61,445 nt of DNA, filler included, from Circinaria calcarea (GCA_051942165.1; 22 parts of 22 records of this genome joined end to end with filler, not necessarily neighbours in it), one strand, 5' to 3'; shown: positions 25,470 to 37,653, counted from the first letter of the whole stretch. The notes: generated by a model not told the origin, from the sequence alone. Program-made: numbers and translations.

Positions 25470-27420
25470 CTGGTTGCTGGCTTTCAACACGAGAGGGATA
25501 CGGAGGGCATGAGCGGAACTAATGGTAAGGCATTGGGCTGTCACAGGTGGGTATGCTTTTTGATACATATCACTCGTAGGAGGCAATGTACGGGTAGACG
25601 GCCCAGGTGTGCCAGCTTGGGTCGGCTCTGCTAGGCACGGTTGGAGGGATTGCTTGGATAGCCATATTGATGGAGAAGGACCTGCTACATAGACTAAATA
25701 CACGCTTTCCAAAATCAATAGCTCCAAGTGACGCTGTTACAGCGGACCATTAATGTTCTGAGGCCCTCGGGAAGCTTTCCTTTACCCCGGCCCGCTTTTA
25801 CTTGCCGTGTCCTCAAATCCCGTTTCTCTTCAGTGAACCAAAGAACAAAAGAAAAATTCCGGTGGAGATCCTATACAGAATGGTCAGGTATCATATGGAC
25901 CCCCTTTTGAGAACACCAGATCTATATGACGGCGATATTTGTTGAGTAGGGAAGAAAGTCATTGCGGCCGTGGCGCTTGGATGGGATGATGCGGTGGTCA
26001 CGTTGGCAGGAGATGGATGTAATGAAGGACGTCGAAGACAAAGGCATCTTGCTCACCTGCTGCCCGCAAGCTTCGTACGTCGTACTGTGGTAGAAAAGGA
26101 GGGAGACAGGCTGAAACCAGTCAAGGGGCTGCAGGTGGGATGTCGCTCTCGCCCTTCCTGTTTCGCCTCCGTGCCCCAATCGTTCCTCTCATCAACGACC
26201 TGCTTAACTTTCCTTTTCTTTGAAGATTGCCACAAAGGACTATCATCCTCACGGCAATATATCGTTTGATGCTGGGTGCGTATACCGAAAGAAACACGAT
26301 TAAAGATAGATCCTACGGCTAAGGTACGGATCTTTTTTGGGTTACATAAAAACGGATAGGCATTACCGAGCCTAAAATCCGTATACGAAAGGCGTGAAAC
26401 GTGTAACGAACGTCACGTTCGTTGAAAAGATGCCTAGGGGACTCACGAATAAGGTATAGAGAAAGAAAATAACGATTCCGGAGTATCTATAGAGAATATA
26501 GGAGCATTATTCCGCGCCAAAACGCCCTTACTATATCGCCGGTGGGAGCTATATAGGATATACTCTAACCCCGTGGACTAAATACAGAAGGTTTGGAAAT
26601 AAAAACGGAAATATGCAATTTTGACCCCCAAAAGTTTGAAATATGCAAAATCCACCCCTGAGTTGCAATTTTGACCCCCCCAAATTTTTAGTGATTGACC
26701 TTCTGTTAGTGGAAGGTAGCTATTATTAAGGTCACTGCAGAAAGTCGCTGTCACTGTCGCAGAGGTCATTACCGCCAGCTGATATTACGATAGATGATAG
26801 CACGGCGATACAATACATTGCGATACAATGGCATTACGACACAATGGTATTACGATACAATGCATTGCGATACAGTGCGACAGCGACAGCGATGTTTCCC
26901 CACATATCATGCCAGCGCCACCCACATGCCTCCAAGCGATCCCGCTGAACCTCGAGGACATCCTTCATTACATCCATCTCCTTCCAACGTGAACCGCTGC
27001 ATCAGCCCATCCAACCGCCACGGCCGCAATCGTTTTCTTCCTTGGTGAACAAATATCGCTGTGATATAGATCTGGTGTTCTCAAAAAGGTCCATTTGACA
27101 CCCGAGCGAGCACCCAACCATTTTATATAGGATCTCCTCAGAACACAATCGGTTCGCTGTGACAGTGTTACTTGGAGCTATTGAGTTTGAAAAAGCGTGT
27201 ATTTAATGTAACAGGTCCCTTTCTCATCAAAACGGCTATCTAAACAATCTTTTCAAACGGTGCCTGGCAGAGCCGACCTAAGCTGGTACGCCTGTATAAG
27301 ATGTCATGCATTGCTTGCTACGAGTAATACGCATCAAGAAGCATGCCATTGTGACAGCCCAATGCCGTACCGCTACTTCCGGTTATGCTCTCCGTACCCT
27401 TTGAATTGTATCGCGGCCAG
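25470..27420. repeat. Diverged inverted repeat; left arm ~25470-26035, right arm ~26955-27420
   Basis: TTTTGAGAACACCAGATCTATAT (~25905) vs ATATAGATCTGGTGTTCTCAAAA (~27064); CAATAGCTCCAAGT (~25716) vs ACTTGGAGCTATTG (~27170); GGCATTGGGCTGTCACA (~25529) vs TGTGACAGCCCAATGCC (~27350). Confidence 0.85.
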
Positions 27421-28148
27421 ACTTTTATCCGGCCGCCAGATTGCTTCAAGCACCATCCACCGGGACTTGCATCGCGTCGACAATTAGAATTCAAGGTTGG
27501 CGATCTGACGAGACACGATCATGGCTTCTTCAGCCCTTCCGCCCCAACTGCCTCCAGCCATCCTCCACTCCCCCTTCCTCCCTCCCAACCCGTCCATCCA
27601 AACATTCGACCACCCCCAATCTGCCGCCAGACAAAATCGCAATGGACAACATCGGCATCGTCTAACAATAGGATCACCACCGCTATTGACCTGGTCTTTG
27701 TCTACCCACTACCGAGTACCACGCACCTTTAAAACCTCGGCGGCACGGTCGCATGAACACCCTACCGCTATAAGCAATCACCACGACCACGACCGATCGA
27801 GACGCCACAAAACATCACCATCACCATGTCTTCATCGACGCCGGCGTCCAAAACTGCTCCGCCACCAACGGGATCTCGAGGTACCAAAGCCAAATTATCC
27901 AAGACGGTTGTACTCAAGTTAGCATCGCGTCTCCTTTCTACTTTTCCCCANNNNNNNNNNNNNNNNNNNNNNNNNNNNNNNNNNNNNNNNNNNNTTAATT
28001 AATTAANNNNNNNNNNNNNNNNNNNNNNNNNNNNNNNNNNNNNNNNNNNNAGAGTGGACGTTTGATGGGGTCATTCAGTGGACCATGAGTGACTCTGGAT
28101 TCTTACCCGTTACCGCATCTCCCATCTACTCCAATCCTCACCCTCAAC

Positions 28149-30584
28149 ATGGAAGGCGTTGGCGTACAGGACCTTGTGCAGCGCCTTGGGAGTGAGGAAG
28201 ATGCTGTTCGAAAGATGGCAGCTTTCAACCTACAATCCCATATCGGTGACCCATCGTTTGCCGATGTTTTCATCTCCGATGGTGGCTTGACCAAGCTCCG
28301 CTATCTCATTCTGAATGCCACTGGCAATACGCTGGCCTACAGCTTGGCATCATTCTCTAGACTTCTGGAAGTCGACAAGGGCTGGGAGTATGTCAATCAG
28401 GATGTAATCATGAGGGTAGATCTCCCCGGAGCGGAATTCTTGCTCTCGCTAATGGTGTAGTTTTTTAGCTTGTCGAGCTCGTCGTTACCCATCCGCTCGT
28501 CAACATCCTCCGCGGGACAATGACGATTCTCGCTGGCATCGTATCGCATCCGTACAACTCCATTACCGAGACACTACAGCCTGGCGCGTTTGGTTTCCGC
28601 GCTTTGCAGCCTGCCATTGCTTCATATCCGCAGTTTCTCGAGATGCTCGTGAATAAACTCTCTTCGGCCGATCATGCACTTTGCATAAATGCTCTTCAAC
28701 TGATCAACTCACTGATGCGGGACGCTATCTCCGACGAGTCCGAAATGGAGTGGCCAAGGTTTATCAAGAATCTGCAAGAGCTGGGCGTAATCAAGGCGGT
28801 ATATGGCCTGATGCAAAGTACAGCTCTGCAAGACCTCGCGGCCTCTTTGCTCGAGTTCCAGGCATTGACAAAGATACTCTTGCGGAAGTGGAGGGAAGCA
28901 CCGGTGGAGCTCGAGAGGCCAGATCACAGGCGGGCGATGAAGGGCATCCACCATGCCAGTAGACCTGGAGGGACGGCTGAAAATGGTAGTGAGGGAGAAG
29001 CGAGTGCAAATGGAGGTCACAGTCCCGAAAAATGGAGACGGTTAGGATTTCAGACCGAGAGTCCCGCCCAATGGGAATTTGCGGAAGTTGGGTTTTTGGG
29101 TATGATGGATTTGATGGATTACGTGAGGAAGAACGAAGATGGCTTCCAGAAACTGCTTTTGGAACAATTGGCCGAGCCAACTGAACAGAGGTGTCCGATC
29201 GCTCGGGCAAGCCTTTCGGTGACGGCGTCACTTTACGAGCATTTTGAGATTGACAAAGCGGATTTCGAGGATGCAAAGGGTTACTTTACCAAAGATACCA
29301 GATCAGGATTGGATAAAGCACTAAAGCCACTTCTTCTCCAATGGTCTAAGCTGCACACTTCCGGCCTGCAAGCTTTCCTTCGATTGTGGAAAACCACGGG
29401 TGCGGAGGTCGAAGATTTTGCAAAAATCGCCGAATTGGTTCGCATACTGCTGGAAGCAGTTGTCGGTAGCGCGCCACGCATAAAAAATGTCAAGGAAATC
29501 GAAGATGAACTCGCTGAATTTGACTACCAGCGGCTGAGAGAGATGCAAATGGAACTTCTGGAGTTGACATACGAGGACACATGGGGTCATCATCTCCGTC
29601 AGGTCCGAGATGAACTCAACCATGAAGCATTGCAGTTTATCAAGGAACAACGGATTCGATGTCTCTTGCACGGATCTTGGTTTCCCAACAGCGCTGGTTA
29701 CAGGTCGGAATCAGGACCGGTGACGAAAGAAGACTTAAAGCGCTCTGCACCTTCGTCGTATCGGTTCGTCCGGTTATCTCACAATAGACGGTACCTTCAC
29801 TATGCTGATTTCGACTTTCACGGCGATCAGGAGCCTGGACTGGAGGATTTGGACGACAAAAGTAAGACTTCCTCCCTTACCAATCTTCCTCCACCCTACA
29901 GACACCCTTTCACTGTCTTACTGCTCCGCCATTACAGTTCCTCCCCTAATCTTTCTCCACCTACAAACTTCCTTTTGCTATTTTAGTCCTATGCCACTTG
30001 AATTCCTCCCTATCTACCAATATTCTTCCACTATCCTGACTCTATGCCACCAAAATCCCTCCACTATCTTCCTCCAAACTACTAACATCCCTCTCCCCAA
30101 ACCAGTCGACCTCTCCACCGTCTCCTCCGTCGTTTCCAACATCTCAACCACACCTCCTTCCACCGCCAACTCCGCCTCCACGCTCAAACCCCCTCGCCAA
30201 CACTCCTCCACCTCCGCCAAAATTACCATCCACGGCTACCTCCCCACTGCTCCATCCTCTTCTCCCTCCACCCAACCCACCAATCACTCCCGCAACCCAT
30301 CCAAAACTTCCTCTCGCAAGGAATCCCCTCTCCTGACCCTTCACCCTCCGGATCCCATCTTGGCGTCCGAGTGGCTCGATGGTCTGCTGATGCTGCTGAA
30401 TCAGCAACCCATTACGGCGGAGACGAATAAGTTGGTCGGTCTGGTGGGAGACTACGGGTTGAAGATTCGGCTGTTGAACGTTCGGTTTGAGGATCGGGCA
30501 TGGCGGGATCCCGGTGGGGTGCCCGAGGTTCCGAGTCGAGAAGGTTTGGACGAGGAGTATTGGTATGATGTTTTTGGGGGTTAA
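28149..30584 (+). CDS. ELMO/CED-12 family protein (ELMO domain + PH-like C-terminus); exons 28149-28415, 28469-29861, 30106-30584
   Basis: LNATGNTLAYSL, KWRRLGFQTESP, CPIARAS, FIKEQRIRCLLHGSWF, RFVRLSHNRRYLHY, ASEWLDGLLMLL, LKIRLLNV; introns restore frame. Confidence 0.9.
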
Positions 30585-31442
30585 CGACACGTAGGGGGGA
30601 AAGATGGGAGGAGAATGGCGGGATGTATAGATACCCTCGTAATCTAAGAGTACCCGTAGGGATATATCAATTCGGATAGCTTTTGAAAGGAAATTGTACA
30701 TTACTTTCTCCCTTTCCCCCCCCCTTTCCCCGGGGGATTTTCTTTCNNNNNNNNNNNNNNNNNNNNNNNNNNNNNNNNNNNNNNNNNNNNTTAATTAATT
30801 AANNNNNNNNNNNNNNNNNNNNNNNNNNNNNNNNNNNNNNNNNNNNAGACAATTAATATCCAAGAGGTGCCTCGTACCACTCGCCCACATGAGACGGGGT
30901 GTAGAAGCTTCAACACGCACAACGCCTTGTAAACATCGGATGAAATGTAACTCTTGCATAAATAAGGGATCTTCTGGGTTCATACTATTTATTACATTCG
31001 GCAACGCCTTCTACTCACCACCGGTCTTCCGACTTCTTAATCCTGTGTGTTAGGGTTTCGGAATCTGGATGGACGTATCATCAATAGTCGACGAGGATGA
31101 CACCGAATACCTCCTGGACAGGATGGGCAAAATGTGTTCAGGAACCATAGAGCTTATTCAGAATGTACAGTACAGACATTGGCCAAGCTCATAACAGAGA
31201 CTCCTCATGGCGACGGTTGTCGGAGCTCAATGGCAGTTATTGTATTTCATTCTCACTCCATATTATACAGTTTTCTCTAGGACATTTTAGATCGAGCAAG
31301 CCAAAACATCCGTCCTTTCACTCCCCAATCCTTACTCGATTCCTAGGTCATAGCTTTTCTGCAACTGGCTCCCCTTCCGCCGAATCACAGTTGCATCTCC
31401 TAGTATCCTTCTGATTGATCTCCTTCCAGCTAAGTTCGACAT

Positions 31443-33530
31443 TTACTCAACAGTCCCGGATGATCGAGTAGTTCGCTTATTGACTTCCGCCTGAACCTTC
31501 TCGGTGCCAGTAGCGGTAGCATCAACGACCTGATCTTTGGCATCCACGGCAGCTTCCTTTGCCTTCTCTGCGGCCTTCTTGACCTGCGGAGGGGGAGTTG
31601 CTCCACTCGCACCAAAGGCGATCGCAATGATTGCGATCAAACTAACCGCCATGAGCGCCATGCCGCCTGCCACTTCGGGGACGAATCTGACTGCTTCCAT
31701 GGGATCTCTTTGAGCAATGGTAAAGAAAAGCTGGACCTTTTCGCGGATATAAAGCATCGGATCATCCATAAATTTCAGATCCATTGGTGACTTGGGAATC
31801 TCGGCCGGCTTAGGCTTGGTTGATTCATCCTCAGCAACCTCGATAGGATGTTTGATGTCGTATGTTTCGGCTTTTAGCTTCTCGGCGTCTTCGATGGAAT
31901 GACCGACGAAGATGTTATCAAATAACACGTTCGGCTGCATAGTCCAGATCTCAAAGCCAATCTACATATGGAGTTAGCTGAGGTCCTATCACGGCTTTGT
32001 GTTCCGACTTACAGCTCCCATTGGTTCAAAATCCGCCGGAGTTTTATCTTCAAAGTAATTAGGGTTGTCTATCTTCCTCGGAGCCCACGCTCCCTTGTAC
32101 AAAGGATTGTCGATGAACGGCCTGGAAAATGTCAGCCGATGATTAGCAGGTTTTGCATTGATACCTACGCTGTCCATTTTCCTTTGTAGGCCTCATTCTT
32201 CTTCATCGGGGGTTCCCAGACTCCGCATCCACTGGCTTCCTCGCACTTGGGGTTTGGTACCATTGGAGGGACCCAATCACCTAAATAAACATAGTATTAG
32301 TTTATGATATGAATATCAATCTGCAGAAGACCAGTACCGTCTTCCTCATCATCCCAGTCTTCCGGCTTTTCGGCCTCCGGATCTGGGATCATGGCTGGTT
32401 CATCATCAAGCCAATCATCAGGTTTCGTAGCTGACTCGTCAACAATCTCGTACGGCGCATCCTCATCCCAATCATCCGGTTTGGTGGCGTCAGGATCTGC
32501 AATGCGGGCTTGGTCGACCCAATCCTCGGGCTTCTTGTCACTCTCGTCATCGATTAACTTCTCGGGATTGACCGGGGGACTGAAGTCTTCAAGAAGACTG
32601 CCGTTCTTAATTGCTTCTCCATTGATTCTGATCTGGAATGATTGATCTGGCTTGACGATCAATGTGTACAAATTCGTGAGTTTTTCAATCCTGGCCATTG
32701 GGGCAGCGTTAAGGTGTTTCTCCTCATACTCGCCGGTCTTTGGGTTCTTATGCTTGAAGATAAAGTGAACCTAGAATGCACATTAGCGAATAGTACTATA
32801 GACGCCATAAAAGCGCTGACCTTGTTCGTAGCTCCACACTTGTCGGGTCCGAACATGATGACATAGGGAGATGCATTAGAAAATTCCTCTGCGTGTAATG
32901 CCTTGTTATCCTGGAGAAGTTTCATATATGCTCCACCACATTCAAGGCCATCTGCAAAGCTGATTAGCAGCTTAATTTGAATGGCATCATTCCGATCGTA
33001 ATAAGGCCTACCTTGAAGCTTCACTTCATACTGGACCACTAGGGTCTTTCCCTTGTTGTCAATCGTGTCGGGAAATTTGGCGGAGATGGCATGATGAGCT
33101 GCCGCGTTCTTGACAACAAGGCCCTTATCTCCGATTATGCCTTTGAGGACGTGAGGTTCTTCGACGGCCCATTCACCGACATATGCCCAATCCTCATCGG
33201 ACTTGGAATCCTGTTTCTTTGCGTGCGAGGGCGCCCAGCGTGATAGCCAATCATCGGTAAACTGTTCAAAGAAGGGTGCTTTTATCTTCACAGGCTACAT
33301 CGGGTTGTCAGTAAGAGTGTGCTAGTGCGAAGCTTGAAGGGAGCAAGCTCTTTGGTTTGCTCGACCCGTCTACTGACCGTAAATGTAGGCTTCTCTACGG
33401 GAGAGGAGGCGGAGGACCCTGCTAGCGAAGTAGGGGAGGAGTCGGATGCATCAACCTCGTCGGCGTGGACCTGTCCTAGGAAGAGCGCGGAGGAGTAGAG
33501 CGCCGAAGCGAGAGCAGCATCGAAACGCAT
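31443..33530 (-). CDS. CNE1: Calnexin (ER lectin chaperone), multi-exon
   Basis: Signal peptide, [37 protein letters not shown]-domain repeats [34 protein letters not shown]-terminal TM segment. Confidence 0.96.
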
Positions 33531-33739
33531 CTTGCACTTGGNNNNNNNNNNNNNNNNNNNNNNNNNNNNNNNNNNNNNNNNNNNNTTAATTAATTAANNN
33601 NNNNNNNNNNNNNNNNNNNNNNNNNNNNNNNNNNNNNNNNNATTGTTGCATGGAAGGAAAGCACGTGCATAGTGCAAGAAGCAGGCCATATGCCACCACT
33701 GCCAACGAGGGCGCTGGCATTTTTTCAGGGGGGGCACTT

Positions 33740-35869
33740 TGTTACGGATCAGCCCTAGGCTTCCCTATCCACGGAGGATGTCGGCCCGGCGCAGCCCTAC
33801 GGGCTATGTATTTAGCTTCGTGTAGCCATTCTGGCTATATATTATTATTTTATTATTAAATATATTATGTTATGTTAATGGGATAAACCCCCCTATGTAA
33901 TAATTAGTAGCATTTCGTAAAGATTTAAGACTTTAAGTCACCAGGAATTTTTTTCCACTAGGCCTCCGGAGAGAACTCATTAAATACCGTCTAAAACGAG
34001 CCAAATCTCATTCCACACGATCACCGAAATACCCTCCCAACTCCTACCCCACGCCCACTTCATTCGAGCGCTTCGTTGCAGCTATGAAATTCATACACCT
34101 AAAGAAATATGCTAAATCGCAGCCAAAAACCAACGATTTTCTCCTCCTACACGACCTTCAACATACTCCCCACACCCACTTCTTCGAAACCAGAGAAATT
34201 TCGCGAAATCACGCCCAAAACTAATAAATTCCCAGCAAGTTTCTCTCCATATATAATTCCCAACACATTTCTCCCACCAGAATCGACGCTTTCACTAGCT
34301 GTCTGATTTATACAGGAAACACTACGAAATCATACCTAAAACCAGTAATTTCCCACCTCCACACGACACCATTCTCACCTCCACAGCCAAAAAGCGAAAT
34401 TCACACTCACTTTTGCACTTTTCCTCCTGCTTAAGGCCAAACCGCAGAGAAAAATCGGCATCCACACCCAAATTTAATGCCTTAAACGACAATTTCCCCA
34501 ATTCTCAACCATCTTCGCCAGAATGAGCCAACGAACTTTCAATTTAAGTGTTTATTTACAAAGCTTTCGCTACTAGCCACATAATATACCGATAGCAGAG
34601 GTTATGGCCCACGCAGGCTTCAGCTATATACCCACGAATGATGCGCCTGATTTGGTGTCATGCTATATATACAGCGTATATTTTGACACGTGGCTTCCAA
34701 CTGACATGCCATTAGAAAAACATTTAAGGCTTCGCCTAAACTACCAACGCGCACTAAGCCTAAAACATATACTCGACCAACGCCAGGAATATTATAAAAA
34801 GCGTGCGATTAATTAATTATTCGATGAATATTATGCAGCAAAAATGGTAGTAGAAATAGCAGAAGAAGCAGCAGCACGCAGAGCAGAAATAATAATAAAA
34901 GAGGTAGCAAGAATACGTTCATATCCATACCTTATAGGGGGTAGCATGACACGATAGCAATAGCAGGAATGTGCAGTATAGAAATACCTCTCAGGGGTTA
35001 ATACATTATTGAGCATGCCACCCGCAGTGCCAGCCCCTATTTTGGAAGCTCCGCCATGCCCGGAATAGGCATACCCCACCCCTGAATCAGCATGCAGCGA
35101 ATACGACAGCGATTCCGCCTCCGAGTGCTCCGCTACGACAGCACCAACATCAGTGTGCAGCGAAGAAACGGGAAAAGAGCATGGAATCACTGGCAATGAG
35201 GCTGTTAAGCAGCATATGCATAGCACGTATGCATATAAGCCCACTACACGTGGCCAACCCAGCACCATTTCGGCATGCCGAACACATGGCAACCCGGTTA
35301 CGAATACCAGCATAAACACGCCCATTTCGACTTCCAATTCGGCTCCCAATTCGACTTTTCATGCATGCCGTACATGCCACGCCTAATTCGCTTCCAAAAA
35401 CCGGCTATTCGCCCACCTACGCCAACTACGCCACTCCGCCCACTACTCCGCCACTAGAGCACCCTCCACTACTACCATTGGGCATGCTCCGAAGCCTCCG
35501 CCACCGCTTACACGCCGCCACCGCCAATTGGGCGAGTCATGGAGGAAGGACACACGGGACACAGGGGGTGGAACCGCTGTAGTTCAGCGAGTCCTTGACC
35601 GAATAGGGTCACTATTACATGGAAGGAAAACACATGCATGAAGCGATACCAGGCATGCGGCCACTGCCAGCGAGGGCGCTGGCATTTTTTCAAAAGGGGG
35701 CAATTATTGCGGATCAGCCCTGGGCTTCCCTATACACGGAGGCATATCGGCCCGGCGCAGCCCTATGGGCCATGTATTTAGCATTCGTGTAGCTATTCTG
35801 GCTACACATCATCACTTTACTACTGAATACACTACGTTATGCCGATGGAATAAACCCCCCTACGTAATA
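33740..35869 (+). mobile_element. Non-autonomous LTR retroelement (TRIM/LARD-like) in a tandem array: LTR1 33740-33902, internal region, LTR2 35705-35869; flanking partial units fill the contig (33642-36334)
   Basis: Two ~164-bp direct repeats 1965 bp apart. Ends are TGTTACG..TGTAATA and TATTGCG..CGTAATA, i.e. RIP-decayed TGTTACG..CGTAACA. Each is preceded by a G-rich PPT (CAGGGGGGG; CAAAAGGGGG) and followed by a PBS (TAGTAGC; TGGTAGC). AATAAA lies near the end of LTR2. No gag/pol recognised. Confidence 0.8.
34523..35641 (+). pseudogene. RIP-inactivated BIR-domain + C2H2 zinc-finger gene inside the LTR element (~372 codons, single frame)
   Basis: Translation SFRY*PH..MAHAGFSYIPTNDAPDLVSC-YI-Y-x16-H-x6-Y has BIR spacing Cx2Cx16Hx6C with both lost Cys as TAC (from TGC) and the Trp of WPH as TAG. 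C-terminal CRTCHA*FASKNRLFAHLRQLRH is a C2H2 finger. All internal stops are TAA/TAG. Confidence 0.8.
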
Positions 35870-36864
35870 ATTGGTAGCATTTCGAGCGATCAGACTTCTA
35901 AAAAGTCGCCAGGAGATTCTTCTACCAGCTCTTTAGAGAAAATCCACCTACCACGCCCAAAAACGAGCTAAATCCCACTCAACACGGTCACCAAACCTCC
36001 TCCCACCTCCCACCTCATACCCACTTCATTCGAGCGCTTCATTGCAGCTTCGAATAGCATACCCAGAGAAACACGCCAAATCGCAGCCAAAAGCCAGCAA
36101 TTTTCTCCTCCTCCACGACCTTCAACACACCCCACAACTCACATTTCGCTACACCAAAGCTGAAAACCAGAGAAAATTCGCGAAACCATGTATAAAACCA
36201 GCAAATTCCCAGCGATATTCTCCTCCTACACGACCTTCAACACACTCCCCACACCCACTTCTTCGAAACCAGAGAAACTTCGCGAAATCACGCCCAAAAC
36301 CAGCAAATTCCCAGCGATATTCTCCTCCTACACGNNNNNNNNNNNNNNNNNNNNNNNNNNNNNNNNNNNNNNNNNNNNTTAATTAATTAANNNNNNNNNN
36401 NNNNNNNNNNNNNNNNNNNNNNNNNNNNNNNNNNGGGGAGGGAATAGACGAAAAATGGGAGAGGGAGGATGAAGAGAGGGCTTCAGAAAGTGGGTATCGA
36501 ATAGCTTCCGTTCATTCACGGTAGAAGATTTTCCGAGGAAAATTGAATGATTGATTATCGTTGAGCCCGTTGAAATGTGAAAAAGCGTAGTACCCGAGAA
36601 CGCACTGATGGAGTGTACAGTATGATGTCCACATTACATTTTGACATTTCACGAGTGTCCGTCTGAATGCTAGATGGTAGAATAAAATAATTGACGATTG
36701 CGTCCTTTTTCTGGGGACCGCGCCAAAACCGCCAGCTACTTATACCTAGTATCAATCTTCTGAAAAAGCAACGAACGAACCGGGGCGAGGAAACGGTGCG
36801 CGTGCGAAAAAAAAAAAAATAGGGAAAAAAAACAAAATGGTTAAAGCATAAAATAGAATTTTTG

Positions 36865-36955
36865 AGGTCGTACCCGGACTCGAACCGGGGTTTCCAGAAG
36901 AAATTTTTTGACAGCAAATCAAAATCTGAAGTGATAACCTCTACACCATACAACC
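36865..36955 (-). tRNA. tRNA-Gln(TTG) with a ~19-nt intron
   Basis: Minus strand GGTTGTA TG GTGTAGAGGTTATCAC T TCAGA TT TTG A [intron] T TCTGG AAAC CCCGG TTCGAGT CCGGG TACGACC T. Acceptor, D, anticodon and T arms pair; T-runs lie downstream. Confidence 0.93.
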
Positions 36956-37653
36956 AGTTAATTCTGATACAGTCCACAATATCTTTAATATAAACTTGGA
37001 TTAGACTTGCCCGGATGAATTTTATCGTTCACCATAAGTCGGTGCTCAAGTTCTTTTTCTCTTGGGCAATATTACTGAATCTAACTCGGCTCTAAAGGGG
37101 ATCGATCCTACGACGGTACCGCTTCCGAAAACTACCCTCAAGCCGGTAACTTTGCTGACTCTCCGCATCTCTCCCTATCGTTTTCTCTCTACCGTACTTC
37201 CCATTACCGCGCTTCACGCAACCCTTGAGGGTAACATTCACCGGTAGCCATCACTATCTACAATGTTATAGTTGTCGCCTTGCTCGATACTTTTGTTAGA
37301 TACATCGTAGAATTCCCCTCGATGAACGGATGCGGTTTCTTTGACGCGTATTCTTCCCATTACTTGGAGAGCAAACATGACGCTGTAATAGTCTTGCATT
37401 GGTATTTCTTTCACCTACGAAAGAAACTCTGGCATTTCTGACCTAAGGGTCTGTGCTCATTGCGGCTTTGGATTTTGACCATCGTAGGGAATGGCAATGT
37501 CAGCCGGGATTCAAATTCGAGTCAGCTTCTGGTATACAGCGACTAGGCATGACGCATTATCTGTTGTGTGGCATCCTCCAATCATAAAACTACTCAGCAT
37601 CTTCCTTCATCTCAATCCCTTGCTTCACGTACATTCAAGTCCACAAGATAGTC

